A stretch of 64,000 nucleotides of DNA from Terriglobia bacterium (GTDB taxonomy: Bacteria; Acidobacteriota; Terriglobia; 20CM-2-55-15). The stretch covers positions 128,001 to 192,000 of the forward strand of contig CBDAOY010000009.1 of assembly GCA_965198225.1 (NCBI GenBank), in the 5' to 3' direction. The notes under the pieces are model-generated. The model worked only from the letters and a program-made list of their open reading frames with translations, had not been told where the DNA came from and searched no databases. Position numbers and translations under genes: made by a program. Positions 41,465 through 52,095 of the stretch are shown here, one piece after another. Each line of letters opens with the position of its first letter. Position 1 is the first letter of the stretch.

Positions 41465-41766
41465 CTATGTACTTCGACGGGTTTCTTGAGAAGGTGGGGG
41501 ACCCGCGCCAGGACATCGACAAGTTGCTCTTCGGTCAGATGTTGTCCGGCGATGTGCTCCTGATACTCGGGGAAATGGGTATTCGGGGTCACCATCGCGG
41601 GCGCCCCTCCCGGTATCGATCGGGCGAATACGCCCAGCGCTTCCCGGGAAGGAGGTTCCTCCAGAAGCAGTCGCGCTTCGAAGGGGATCTCCTGTTGCGA
41701 AAGCCACGCTTTCGTATCGTCGCACGGCCCTCAGCCCGGCTTGGTGTAAAGAATCAGGTTCGCCAT
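41461..41766 (-). CDS. ArsC/Spx-family thioredoxin-fold protein, probable selenoprotein (UxxC)
   Basis: MANLILYTKPG-[TGA 41731-41733]-GPCDDTKAWLSQQEIPFEARLLLEEPPSREAL...LTEEQLVDVLARVPHLLKKPVEVHR; RBS GAGGA; stop overlaps the gltX ATG. Confidence 0.85.
41698..41730 (-). promoter_or_regulatory. Candidate bacterial SECIS hairpin
   Basis: After the UGA: GGGCCG-UGCGA-CGAU-AC-GAAAGC-GU-GGCUU-UCGCA; UGCGA/UCGCA outer stem and apical loop starting with G at about +18. Confidence 0.55.
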
Positions 41767-41827
41767 AGTCCTCGCCTTTGGGGTTGGATGATTCATGAAG
41801 AAAACCGATGCCTTCCTCAGCGTCTTC

Positions 41828-42445
41828 CTATTGAGCGGCAAAACAATAGAACAAGCCGTCACCGCCCGAAGCCCGCAACTGTTCCTGGCTGCATCCACGG
41901 CTGTCATGGGCCGAGTTCCAGGCCGCGCGGTCATGATGACCGATCCTGGCTTTTCCGTCACCGCTGCTCGTCCAGTTGCCGCAGGTCATGTCCTCGCCAG
42001 CCGAGAAGGCCGTTCCGTCCGGCTGCGAGCCGGTCAGGACATCGTGCCGGTTCGGAACGTATCCGCTACCGGGGATCCTTCTGCCTCTCTCGTCGATCAC
42101 GGTCATGACGGTAAACCGATGTCCCATCCCGTGGAGCTCCTCGACGTTATTACCGATAAGGGCGCCCAGAGCGTTGTGCCATGGGCCTGAGCCGATACGG
42201 TCGCGAGCATTCACCGCGTTCGGGCCCTGCGTGCTGAGGTAGGCATGCCATGTGCGGTCGCCCGCACCCGCTCCGGCGGCCAGGCTCTGACAGAGCGCGT
42301 CGGCTCCGTCCAGACCACCCAGATCGGCTCCTTCGCCGGAGCCTGCACTTGTGACGAAAAAGGTCATCGAATTTTGGGCCAGGGCCGGCGCGGAAACCAG
42401 CAGGCTGAGGCAAATCACACCGAAAATAGGCAGCGCTCTACTCAT
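41828..42445 (-). CDS. Secreted C-type-lectin/endostatin-like fold protein
   Basis: Signal peptide, FFVTS..G.GADLGGL.GADALCQ.LA, CGNWTS, GLFYCFA. Confidence 0.7.
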   Translation of the reverse strand: MSRALPIFGVICLSLLVSAPALAQNSMTFFVTSAGSGEGADLGGLDGADALCQSLAAGAGAGDRTWHAYLSTQGPNAVNARDRIGSGPWHNALGALIGNNVEELHGMGHRFTVMTVIDERGRRIPGSGYVPNRHDVLTGSQPDGTAFSAGEDMTCGNWTSSGDGKARIGHHDRAAWNSAHDSRGCSQEQLRASGGDGLFYCFAAQ

Positions 42446-42861
42446 GTCGGTTCTCCTTCTCGTGACAATCTTGGTGATCCAAAGACTTCCAGATTAACGG
42501 AGGTTTTTCATCAGACCACTATCGCAGTTCGGGTGTCAATCGAAAGCGGGTCTGGTGAAAGAGTCGGCCGAGGGTGCAATGAAGAAGGTCGTTTGTTAAC
42601 GCCGCGCAACCCAGGTCGTCATTTAATTAGAGTAGCTGGAGGGGGCTGAAGTGACGTTTTGGGGCAAAAGATCCAAGCACTATGATGACAACTCAGACTG
42701 CAAGTCATGCCATCAATCTTGAGAGCCCCGGAACGCTTCTGAACGGTATGGACGCGCCGTTCGAGAGTGCCGCCGCGCCCGCCGCGATACTTCTTGACCG
42801 TAGGTTCTCCAGCATGGGAACGTGAAGGGCACTCAATCAGGCAAACCTGCAGGAGAACACC

Positions 42862-45054
42862 ATGCGACGAAGAGTTGGATTGCTGACCCTCGGTTGTCTG
42901 CTGACCCTGGGCGTGGCGTGGACGGTGGGGAGCGCCCAGGACGTCGATACCGAGACCATCACTGGTGTCGTCACCAGCAGCGATAGTCCCGAGGCAGGCG
43001 TCTGGGTCATCGCCGAAACCGACGACCTCGACACCAAGTTCCGCAAGATCGTGGTGACCAACGACAATGGTCGGTTCTTATTGCCGGAGCTGCCTCAAGC
43101 GAACTACTCGGTCTGGGTGCGGGGGTACGGGCTGGTCGACTCGAGGCCCGTGACGGCCACGCCGGGTCAGGACCTCAGTCTGTCGGCAGTTGTCGCGAAG
43201 ACTCCACAGGAAGCCGCCGCGGTCTATCCTGCCAACTACTGGTTGTCGCTGATGGAGGCGCCTGAGACGAGCGAATTCCCGGGAACCGGTCCTGATGGCA
43301 ATGGCATCAGCCCGCAGCTCGAGACGCGCCACGAATACCTCTACAACATGAAGCTCTGCCTGCGCTGTCATCAGGTCGGGAACAGGTTCACGCGCGAGAT
43401 TCCGAACGCGGAAGAATACGACTCCACCGCCGAGGCGTGGGATGACCGCGTCCAGATGGGTCAGCGTGGAGCCGAGATGTCCTCCTTGATGACGCGGTTC
43501 GGGCGCGAGCACGGGTTGGGGATGTTCGCCGACTGGAGCGACCGGCTTGCGGCCGGTGAGGTGCCGCCGGCGCCGCCGCGCCCGAGTGGGTCGGAGCGGA
43601 ATGTCGTCCTCACCCAGTGGGAGTGGACGGATACGATGGGCAAGATCCACGACGAGGCGTCTACCGACAAGCGCAACCCGCGCGTGAACGCCAATGGGCC
43701 GATCTACGGCGTCGACATTGCGAACGACAACCTGGCCATCCTCGATCCGATTACCAACACGGCGACGATGCTGCGGATCCCGACCCTCGCGGATCGTTCG
43801 ACCATGCGGGCGTCCTACGCGCAGTCGGGCTATCCCGCGTCCCGATTGGCGAACCTGGCCCGCTTCAATCCGACCAGCATCCACAACCCCATGTTGGACA
43901 GCGAGGGCCGGGTCTGGTACACGGCGACGCTGCGCCCTCCGGCGGACCAGCCCTATTGGTGCACAGAAGAGTCGGAGAACAAGTACGCGCAGTATTTTCC
44001 CCTGGAGCGGTCGGGCCGCAACGTGAGCTACTTCGACCCGAGGACCCAGCAGTTCACGATGATCGACACTTGTTTCGGCAGCCACCATCTACAGTTCGCG
44101 CATGACGAGAACGAGACCCTGTTCCTGAGTCGGCCGAATGCCGCAGTGTTCGGCTGGGTCGACACGAGGCAGTTCGATCAGACCGGCGACGGACAGCGTT
44201 CGCAGGGCTGGTGCCCGACCGTGGTCGACACCAACGGCGACGGCAGGATCACGAAGCCCTGGAACGAGCCGGGCACAAGCGCGTCCGACTTCGACCCGAT
44301 GCTCGATACCCGTGTCGCCATAGGGGCGTACGGGATCATCGTGAATCCCGTTGACGGGTCGGTCTGGGGTGCGCAGCAATCATATCCGGGGAAGATCATC
44401 CGGGTGTCGCTGGGTGACAATCCGCCGGAAAGCTGCATCGCAGAAGTCTTTGAAGTGCCGTCGGAGCGCTGGGACGTGGAGGCGAATGGCGAGAGGGGCT
44501 TCATGCCGCGCGGCATCGATGTGGACCGCAACGGCCTTATCTGGACGGCGCTCTCGGGGACGAACCACCTCGCCAGCTTCGACCGAAGCAAGTGCGGGTC
44601 CCTGACCGGGCCGACGGCGCACGAGGGGCGGCACTGCGGGGAAGGGTGGACGCTTCATCCGCTGCCCGGTCCAAAGTTGAGGGGCACGGACGTCCGGGCC
44701 GACTACAACTATTACAACTGGGTCGACCAGTTCAACACGCTGGGCCTCGGGGAGAACGTTCCGATCGCCACTGGGACGGGCTCCGACTCGCTGATCGCAT
44801 TGTTGCCGGACACGGGTGAGGCGGTCGTGATGCGCGTGCCCTATCCGCTGGCCGGCTTCCACCCGCGGGGCCTGGACGGTCGGATCGACGATCCAACCGC
44901 CGGATGGAAGGGTCGTGGCGTCTACTCGTCAACCGGTGCGGACACGGTGTGGCATGCGGAGGGCGGTCTCGCCGTGGAAAACGGCGAGTACACGTCAATC
45001 TCGCAACCGATCTTGGTGAAGTTCCAGATCCGCCCGCATCCGCTGGCGAACTGA
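42862..45054 (+). CDS. Secreted protein: carboxypeptidase-regulatory-like domain + CxxCH heme site + beta-propeller
   Basis: RBS AGGAG, signal peptide, YSVWVRGYGL, CLRCH, propeller repeats (D.EGRVWY, GIDVDRNGLIW). Confidence 0.75.
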   Translation: MRRRVGLLTLGCLLTLGVAWTVGSAQDVDTETITGVVTSSDSPEAGVWVIAETDDLDTKFRKIVVTNDNGRFLLPELPQANYSVWVRGYGLVDSRPVTATPGQDLSLSAVVAKTPQEAAAVYPANYWLSLMEAPETSEFPGTGPDGNGISPQLETRHEYLYNMKLCLRCHQVGNRFTREIPNAEEYDSTAEAWDDRVQMGQRGAEMSSLMTRFGREHGLGMFADWSDRLAAGEVPPAPPRPSGSERNVVLTQWEWTDTMGKIHDEASTDKRNPRVNANGPIYGVDIANDNLAILDPITNTATMLRIPTLADRSTMRASYAQSGYPASRLANLARFNPTSIHNPMLDSEGRVWYTATLRPPADQPYWCTEESENKYAQYFPLERSGRNVSYFDPRTQQFTMIDTCFGSHHLQFAHDENETLFLSRPNAAVFGWVDTRQFDQTGDGQRSQGWCPTVVDTNGDGRITKPWNEPGTSASDFDPMLDTRVAIGAYGIIVNPVDGSVWGAQQSYPGKIIRVSLGDNPPESCIAEVFEVPSERWDVEANGERGFMPRGIDVDRNGLIWTALSGTNHLASFDRSKCGSLTGPTAHEGRHCGEGWTLHPLPGPKLRGTDVRADYNYYNWVDQFNTLGLGENVPIATGTGSDSLIALLPDTGEAVVMRVPYPLAGFHPRGLDGRIDDPTAGWKGRGVYSSTGADTVWHAEGGLAVENGEYTSISQPILVKFQIRPHPLAN

Positions 45055-45257
45055 CACGAGGTGGTGCCGGGCCGAAGAGACATGTCGATGCGCCGGCACC
45101 GAATCCTCCCTATTGCCTCCTCGGCGGCCCTCTTCTGCGCGCGGGACTTAGCGAGGATCCCCAGCAGCCCATAGTTCCCCTCGTGACACGCAGACCTTTT
45201 CCGTTCGTGTAACTTACCGCGCCGGTTCCTTCATACTCGTACAGGAGGTTGGAGCGA

Positions 45258-48200
45258 ATGGCCGAGACCCGCACATGTCTCGAGTGCGGATCGCCACTGC
45301 AGGATGAGCTCGCCGGAGGACTGTGCCCGCGATGCCTGATGGGTTTAGGGGTAGCAGCCGCCGACGCCGAAACCCTGACGGCGTCCGAGCCGGAGCCGGT
45401 GTCGCGAGGTTCTCGCCGGAGCCCTCGATTCAGCGACGGCGATGATCTCGGCCACTTTCGCATCGTCCGTCCGCTTGGACAGGGTGGCATGGGGGAAGTC
45501 TACGAGGCTGAGGATTTGGACAGCGGCCGCCGCGTTGCAATAAAAGTGATGGCGCACACGCTGGTCTCGGACGAGCACCGGGAGCGGTTTCTGCGTGAAG
45601 GCCGCCTTGCTGCTTCGATCAACCATCCGAACAGCGTCTATGTGTTCGGCACCGAAGAAATCGACGGCATTCCGGTGATCTCGATGGAACTGAGCCCTGG
45701 AGGGACGCTCCAGGACAGCGTCCAGGACGGGAGACGGATGGTCCCGGTAGCCGCCGTCGATGCGGCCCTGGACCTGATCGAGGGGCTTCAAGCCGCGCTC
45801 GACAAGGGCATCCTGCACCGGGACATCAAGCCATCCAATTGTTTCGTCGAAGCCGACGGGCGGGTCAAGGTCGGCGACTACGGTCTGTCGATCTCGACAA
45901 GGTCGGACGAAACCGTCCTGACCGCTGCCGGAACGATGCTCGGGACGCCCGGCTACGCTTCACCCGAGCAACTCCAGGCCGGCGATCTGGACGTCCGGTC
46001 GGACATCTACTCCCTGGGTGCGACACTGTACTGCCTTCTGACCGCGCGGCCGCCGTTCGAAGAGACGCGCGTCGCCAACCTGATGGCCGCGATTCTGGAG
46101 CGTACACCTGACCCACCGCACAAGCTTCGGCCCTTAGTTCCCAAGGCCCTGTCGGGCCTCGTCCTGCGATGCCTGTCACGCGACCCGGCGAACCGATTCG
46201 ATAGTTACCGGGAGTTGAGAGAAGCGCTCCTGCCTTTCAGCTCCGCGCGATCCGAGTCGGCATCGCTCGGGGTGCGCTTCCTGGCTCACGCGCTGGACTA
46301 CGGTCTGCTGATGACAGTCCTCTTTCTGCTTTTGTTCCTGCGTGAAGCGACCCAGATTCAGGCGGCGTTCCCGGCGCTGACTGGGGCGGGGTTGGGGATC
46401 CTGGGCCCTGCGGTATCGCTGCTCTATTTCCCGCTGCTTGAAGGCCTTGTGGGGCAGACTGCGGGGAAGTGGGTTTGCGGCATCCAGGTCGTAGGGAAGG
46501 CCGGCCCACCGGGTGTTGCGCTTGCCGCTTTGCGCTGGGCAGTCTTTTACTGGTTGCCCGGGTTGCTGTTAATGGCTCTCGGAATGCTGGTCGGGCCCGT
46601 GTCACTCCCTGCCCAGATCGGGATCTTCCCCCTGCTGCGACTCCTTCTCTTGTTAGCGCTTTTCGCTACGGCGCGGCGGCACAACGGGTTTGCCGGCCTG
46701 CATGACATTTTATCCGGCACTCGTGTGGTACGTCGGGACGGCCGCCAGACGCGAGCGTCCGTGGACCCCGATCGGACCCTACGACATCAGGTGGAATCGC
46801 TCGCTCCGGTCGGTCCCTATACGGTCCGAGGCTTCCTTGTTCGCTCGGGGTCGGAACAAGTTCTCGAAGGGTATGATCCGACGCTCGGGCGACGCGTGTG
46901 GATCCGGAGTTTGCCGGACGGCACGCCGCCGCTATCGTCCGGCCGGCGTGATCTGGCCAGACCGGGACGGCTTCGATGGCTGAACGGACGCCGCAGATCA
47001 GGCGAGAACTGGGACGCCTACGCCGCCGTGGATGGACTCCCGCTCAAGACAGCCGTCCGCACCAAACCGCCCTGGTCCGCCTTGCGACTCTGGCTCCTGG
47101 ATCTGGCCGCCGAAGTAGCGGAAGGTTGCTCGGATCACACCGAACCCGAGAAACTGGCATTGGGCCGGATCTGGATCGGAGCTGATGGAAGGGCGCGCTG
47201 GCTGGACTTTCCAGTTTCCGATGATCCTCCCCGCGCCGCTGGGGATCGCGGTGGTCATAATGTGCTTGCCGATCTCCAGGCCGTTTTGTCCCAAGTCACT
47301 TCAGCTGCGAGGCCGCACGGTGACGGAGCACACGGCAAGATCCTTCCGCTTCCAGTGGCGGCATCTGGATTCCTGCGACGCCTGAAACAAACCGGCTTCG
47401 ACAGCCTGTCGGAGCTGTTGGGCGCCCTCCGTTCGCTGTCCGGAACGGATGCAGCTGTGGGGAGGCAAAGCCGGTTTGCTCAAATATTGATCTGTGCGGC
47501 CTTTCCCCTGTTGAGTACGATCGCCATCGGCACCGCCGGCTACATGGTGCAACGTATCCCTCGAGACTACCCGGAGTGGGGCCGCCTGGACGAACTCCTC
47601 ACTCAGGTGGCGATCATGCGGCCGCGGATCGAGCGAGGCAACAACGAAGAAACGATCCGTGCGCTCGAAGTCGTTATCGCCTCTCAACACCGAACGCTCA
47701 TCGAAGACCCCGAGCTCTGGCCTCCTGGCTTGTCTGAACGACAACGCGAACGGATCGAGGATGCCCAGGACATCATCGACCGCCACCCCAGCGTGACGGT
47801 TTCCGAGCTGCGCGATGCGGAGTCGCAGCTTCAGCCGGTCTTTGCCCGGATCGAAGCCCTTCAGCAGGGCAGGGATGCAGTGGCCGCCCGCTCGGTTTCT
47901 GTTTCGATGACGTTGCTCGGCGTGTTCGGACTCATCTCCACCGCCCTGGTCCGGGGGGGACTGTTGTTGCGTCTGTTCGGCATGGCAGTGGTCGACGCCA
48001 GTGGACAGCCGGCCGCGTTCTGGCGAGTCTTTCTGAGAGGAACCCTGATCTGGGGAACTGTCATCGTCCTGTTCCCAGGTTACTGGGGTAACTCATTCCT
48101 GCTGAGCCGGCTTGTCCCTTTCGACGCGCTACGTGAGATGTCGGTGTCTGTTGGAGAATACGGATGGCTGGGCGTCGCTCCATCCGCTCTGTTGATCACT

Positions 48201-48281
48201 GCGGCCGCCGCCTGGGCCGTGCTCCATCCGTCCCGAGGCCTACAGGACCGGCTTGCCGGAACGTACCTGGTGCCGAGGTAA
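45258..48281 (+). CDS. Hanks-type Ser/Thr protein kinase with zinc ribbon and two RDD membrane domains
   Basis: CLECG/CPRC, LGQGGMGEVY, VAIK, HRDIKPSN, DYGL, GTPGYASPE; RDD motifs RFLAHALD..GLHDILSGT and RGLQDRLAGT. Confidence 0.88.
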   Translation: MAETRTCLECGSPLQDELAGGLCPRCLMGLGVAAADAETLTASEPEPVSRGSRRSPRFSDGDDLGHFRIVRPLGQGGMGEVYEAEDLDSGRRVAIKVMAHTLVSDEHRERFLREGRLAASINHPNSVYVFGTEEIDGIPVISMELSPGGTLQDSVQDGRRMVPVAAVDAALDLIEGLQAALDKGILHRDIKPSNCFVEADGRVKVGDYGLSISTRSDETVLTAAGTMLGTPGYASPEQLQAGDLDVRSDIYSLGATLYCLLTARPPFEETRVANLMAAILERTPDPPHKLRPLVPKALSGLVLRCLSRDPANRFDSYRELREALLPFSSARSESASLGVRFLAHALDYGLLMTVLFLLLFLREATQIQAAFPALTGAGLGILGPAVSLLYFPLLEGLVGQTAGKWVCGIQVVGKAGPPGVALAALRWAVFYWLPGLLLMALGMLVGPVSLPAQIGIFPLLRLLLLLALFATARRHNGFAGLHDILSGTRVVRRDGRQTRASVDPDRTLRHQVESLAPVGPYTVRGFLVRSGSEQVLEGYDPTLGRRVWIRSLPDGTPPLSSGRRDLARPGRLRWLNGRRRSGENWDAYAAVDGLPLKTAVRTKPPWSALRLWLLDLAAEVAEGCSDHTEPEKLALGRIWIGADGRARWLDFPVSDDPPRAAGDRGGHNVLADLQAVLSQVTSAARPHGDGAHGKILPLPVAASGFLRRLKQTGFDSLSELLGALRSLSGTDAAVGRQSRFAQILICAAFPLLSTIAIGTAGYMVQRIPRDYPEWGRLDELLTQVAIMRPRIERGNNEETIRALEVVIASQHRTLIEDPELWPPGLSERQRERIEDAQDIIDRHPSVTVSELRDAESQLQPVFARIEALQQGRDAVAARSVSVSMTLLGVFGLISTALVRGGLLLRLFGMAVVDASGQPAAFWRVFLRGTLIWGTVIVLFPGYWGNSFLLSRLVPFDALREMSVSVGEYGWLGVAPSALLITAAAAWAVLHPSRGLQDRLAGTYLVPR

Positions 48282-48345
48282 CGACTGTGTCGAGAGTGGA
48301 GCTATGTACCCGTCCGACCGGGACCGGACGACCAAGGAGGCAGAG

Positions 48346-49989
48346 ATGAGCAAGCGAACATGTGTCGACCGCCGACGGTTTTTGGCCGGGACCGCCGGCG
48401 CGCTGGGTAGTGCGTTTTTTGGACGGCTTCCTCTCGAGGCCATGGTCGAGCAGGGGGCGCCGCCGGCTGCTCAAAACTGGGATGCGGGTCTCGTCCGTCA
48501 TCTTCTGCCGACGGTCAGCGATTCCCGCATTCTCTTGAAGGTGTCGTTCGACCGGCCACTGTCAGCGGCGCCGACGCTGGGCGTCGGGAGCACGAAGGTC
48601 GTCGGAAGCCAGAACGACACGGCCGGCGAGCACTGGCAGTTCCACGCCACCGACCTTGCGCCTGGCCGTCGCTACGAGTTGACGCTCCGGCGGGCAGGCG
48701 GCGGGTCGTTGTGCGAGCCCTGGTCGCTGTCGACTTTTCCACCGCCAGGAGCGACCCCCGAGCGGTTCAGGATGCTCTTCTTTACTTGTGCCGGCGGGAC
48801 GGGCGGCTCGTACGAGGGAATCGGAGAGCGGCAGGGCTCCTTGCCGACGCTGATTCGCAATCGGCTTCTGCGCCGGGCGCTGTCCTTCTCGCCGGATGCG
48901 GCGGTGGCGAACGGCGACCACATCTACTGGGATCTGCACACCTGGCAGGGTGAGAACGCCGGGCAGCTGAGCGAGCGCGGGCGGCAGTCGAACTTCGACT
49001 TCTCGGCCTCGGTGTTTGGAGCGAGCAACGAGACGGCGATGAAAGCGGCGGCGGGGCCCCAGATCGTGCCGGTCTATGGCAGCGACTTTCGGTCGGTCCC
49101 GGTGTTCTTCCTGCAGGACGACCACGACCACTGGGAGAACGACGCGGTAACCGACGACATCGCAAGCTATCCGGTACCCTGGTTCCAACTCCAGCTCGCA
49201 CGCGCCACCCAGCAGCTGTACTACCCCGAGTTCCTCCCCGACGGAGGACGACCGGCTGGCCTGCCCTGGTCCGGCACCAGTGGCCGGGGGGATCTCTCCG
49301 AGAGCTTCGGCACCGTCCGCTACGGCGATCTGGCGGAGGTCCTGCTCTACGACGTGCGGCGAACGATGTCGCTGGGTGGGCCCAATGCCGTCTTCGTTGA
49401 CACGCAGGCGGAACGGTGGCTGGTCGAGCGCACCCGTGCGACCGGCGTTCGGCATCTGGTGCATGCCCCATCGAACCCCTTCGGCTGGAGCGCCGGAAAA
49501 TGGGGCGAGTGGTACCCGGACGTTCTCGACCGCGAGAGCGGGGAGCTGACGACGGCCAGCGAGAAGCCGTACTGGCAGGAAGGATGGTTGCGGCAGCACG
49601 ACCGCCTGGTGCAGGCGATCGGGGGACAGGCGGAGCGTGTTCCGCTGATCATCAGTGGGGATCTCCACGCGATCGGAGTCGGGCGGATCCATCGGGCCGG
49701 CGAAATCAATTTGGGCGCCCAACCGATCACCGCTATCCTGAGCGGCCCGATCGGCACCTCCGTTCGCGGATTCCCTTCCGTGGTGCGGGGGATCGGCGCG
49801 ACACCACCCGAGCACCTCGACCTCGAGGAATCCGTCGCGCCGATCGAGGACCACGGCTTCACTCTGGTGGATTTCCTGCCGGATCGGATGGTATTGCGCC
49901 AGTTCAAGTGGGACGTCGACGTGCAGCCGCTCGCCGCGATCGACCGGCTGGAGCCGTTCTACACGACGGAGCTGCCCAGGCCGGCGTAG
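48346..49989 (+). CDS. Tat-exported PhoD-like metallophosphoesterase
   Basis: DRRRFL Tat motif, FTC, NGDHIYWD, DDHD..END, SGDLH; RBS AAGGAGG. Confidence 0.75.
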   Translation: MSKRTCVDRRRFLAGTAGALGSAFFGRLPLEAMVEQGAPPAAQNWDAGLVRHLLPTVSDSRILLKVSFDRPLSAAPTLGVGSTKVVGSQNDTAGEHWQFHATDLAPGRRYELTLRRAGGGSLCEPWSLSTFPPPGATPERFRMLFFTCAGGTGGSYEGIGERQGSLPTLIRNRLLRRALSFSPDAAVANGDHIYWDLHTWQGENAGQLSERGRQSNFDFSASVFGASNETAMKAAAGPQIVPVYGSDFRSVPVFFLQDDHDHWENDAVTDDIASYPVPWFQLQLARATQQLYYPEFLPDGGRPAGLPWSGTSGRGDLSESFGTVRYGDLAEVLLYDVRRTMSLGGPNAVFVDTQAERWLVERTRATGVRHLVHAPSNPFGWSAGKWGEWYPDVLDRESGELTTASEKPYWQEGWLRQHDRLVQAIGGQAERVPLIISGDLHAIGVGRIHRAGEINLGAQPITAILSGPIGTSVRGFPSVVRGIGATPPEHLDLEESVAPIEDHGFTLVDFLPDRMVLRQFKWDVDVQPLAAIDRLEPFYTTELPRPA

Positions 49990-50075
49990 ATCTGACCTGA
50001 TGACAGTACAAGGAAGCGTGCCTCACAAGGCGATCACGCCGACACCTCTTGGCGGTGTGGCTTGACTCAATATGT

Positions 50076-51774
50076 TCACTGGCCGATCTTGTCGTAAGAA
50101 ACCTTCCGGACCCGCTGCGTGCTGATAGTGAAACCGGCGATGTCTCCGTGTTCGTTCCTGAGAAAAGTGAAGTAGGCCCCGGGACCGGTGGCGAAGACGA
50201 AGCCGTCCTTAAAGGTGGGCTGGAGCGGAACGTCATCACTCTTGCGGGCTTTCAAAATGAGCTTGCCGTCCCGGATCACAAACTCCACTTCCCGAACCAA
50301 CTCATCGCTGTAGTACCTTCCCACGTATGCTGCCAACTCATCCGCGGTAGGCTGGGCTAGTGGTGCCCAGTCGTAAGATTCGTCGCCGGCGGGGTTGTCA
50401 GGCTGCAGGCGCGGCGAGCCCGTGGACTCCGAGGACTCAATCGACAAGACATTATCCGAGGTCCCGACCCGGAATCGGCCTTCACCCAGAGCAGTCAGCA
50501 CTTGCCCATCTTCTATCGTGGGCCCGATGATGAGCTTGTCGTCTGCCATCCTCAGCACCACCACCACATCAGTCAGCCCTCGACGGTAGGCTCCAGCAAA
50601 CCGATTCATATCGGATTCCGGAACTTCTGGAGCCTCATCTGCATCGAGTTCCGTTTCAGCCGGTTCAGTAAACGCACCAGCCAGGTACACGTCCGCCACT
50701 TCCTGTGCCTTTCGTCCGGGGTTGCTCGAAGGGAAGTTGCACAGTACGGCAACGCTGAAACGCTGGCCCGGAAATCGAAGGAACGATGACCGGTACCCGG
50801 CATCCGCACCGCCGTGACCGACGGTCCGCAATCCTCGATACTCTCCATGGACCAGGGCGTAGGCATATTTCCTGACCGCTGTTCAGGACACCTCGCGTGT
50901 GCATCTGGTCGATCACCCGACGGCCTCCAACGCGGGCAGTGTAGAAATTACGGTCCCAACGAGCGAGATCTTCGACGGTTGTAAACAGGCTCGTCGCGCC
51001 AACGACGTCGAAATCGGGAATCCTGATTTTCAGTGTGTCATCCCCGCCGGTTGGACCGTATGCATAGGCCCGGTTCTTGACGATCATCCGATGATCGTCG
51101 TGAAAATGAGTGTCGTCCATTCCGAGAGGCTCAAAGATTCGTTCCTCGGTGAAATCGCGGAGTGACTGTCCGCTGATCCTCTCGACGATAACCCCGAGCA
51201 GCGTGTAGCCGGTGTTGCTGTAAAGGTACTCGTCTCCCGGATTGAAGTTGAGGGACGTCTGACGCGAGGTGATGTCCAGGACGTCTCCCTGTGTTATCAC
51301 GTCGGCTTCAAAACGCCAACCGGCAAGCCTCAGCAGGCTCCATTGGTCGCGGAGGCCACTCGTGTGATGAATGAGTTGCCGGATTGTCAGAGTCGTTCCA
51401 AAGTCGGGAACTTCCTCGACGTACTCCCGCACGTCGTCGTCGAGTGAGAGTTTTCCTTCCTCGGCCAGCAACAAGACAGCAAAGACCGTGAACTGCTTGG
51501 ATACCGACGCGACGTGGAAAATCGAAGACGGCGTGATAGGCACGCCGTACTCCAGGTTCGCCATCCCGTAGCCCCTCTTATAGACAATCGCCCCATCTTC
51601 CATGACGGAGACCGCGCATCCAGGTGAATCGGGAGAGTCCCGATCGACGAAGATTTCATCCACCTGTCCCTGGAGGTTGGTTTCCTGAGCTCGCAGGACA
51701 TGGGACTGAGTTCCGGTCGAGGCCAGCAGTATTGCTACGGAAGTTAGGGCGTGCTGTGTCAGCTTGTTTGTCAA
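50076..51774 (-). pseudogene. Secreted serine hydrolase (beta-lactamase/AmpC family), frameshifted
   Basis: SVSK and YSN motifs are in ORF 50665-51831; HGG motif and C-terminal domains are in ORF 50076-50831; frame change near 50865; TTG start with AGGAGG. Confidence 0.8.
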
Positions 51775-52095
51775 ATCAACCTCCTGGCCAAGGTTCTGTT
51801 CAGCCCACCTAGGGTTGGAAGTGAAATCCACCGGGAACCAACGGGTTCATCGACAAGGTGATCTGAGCACTATCCTCACTGAATCCGGCCATCTATGTCC
51901 ATCAAATCGGCCTCATTTGATGAATGCGGCGCCACATGGATGTGCCCTCCGCGATCCGGATCACTAACCGGGCGGGCCTTCAGATCTCCGACAAGACAAT
52001 GTCCTTTAACGCAATGAACACCATCTGGAAGGGTATGATTCAGATTGAGGTGAACCTATGGCCACAACCCATCTCTTCGACAGCCTAGACACGCT

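Noticed and set aside
41731-41733. Genome-wide TGA reassignment to Trp or Gly
   Set aside because: TGA ends many genes at expected positions, including ATGA/GTGA overlaps (ispD-ispF, dctP-dctQ-dctM)
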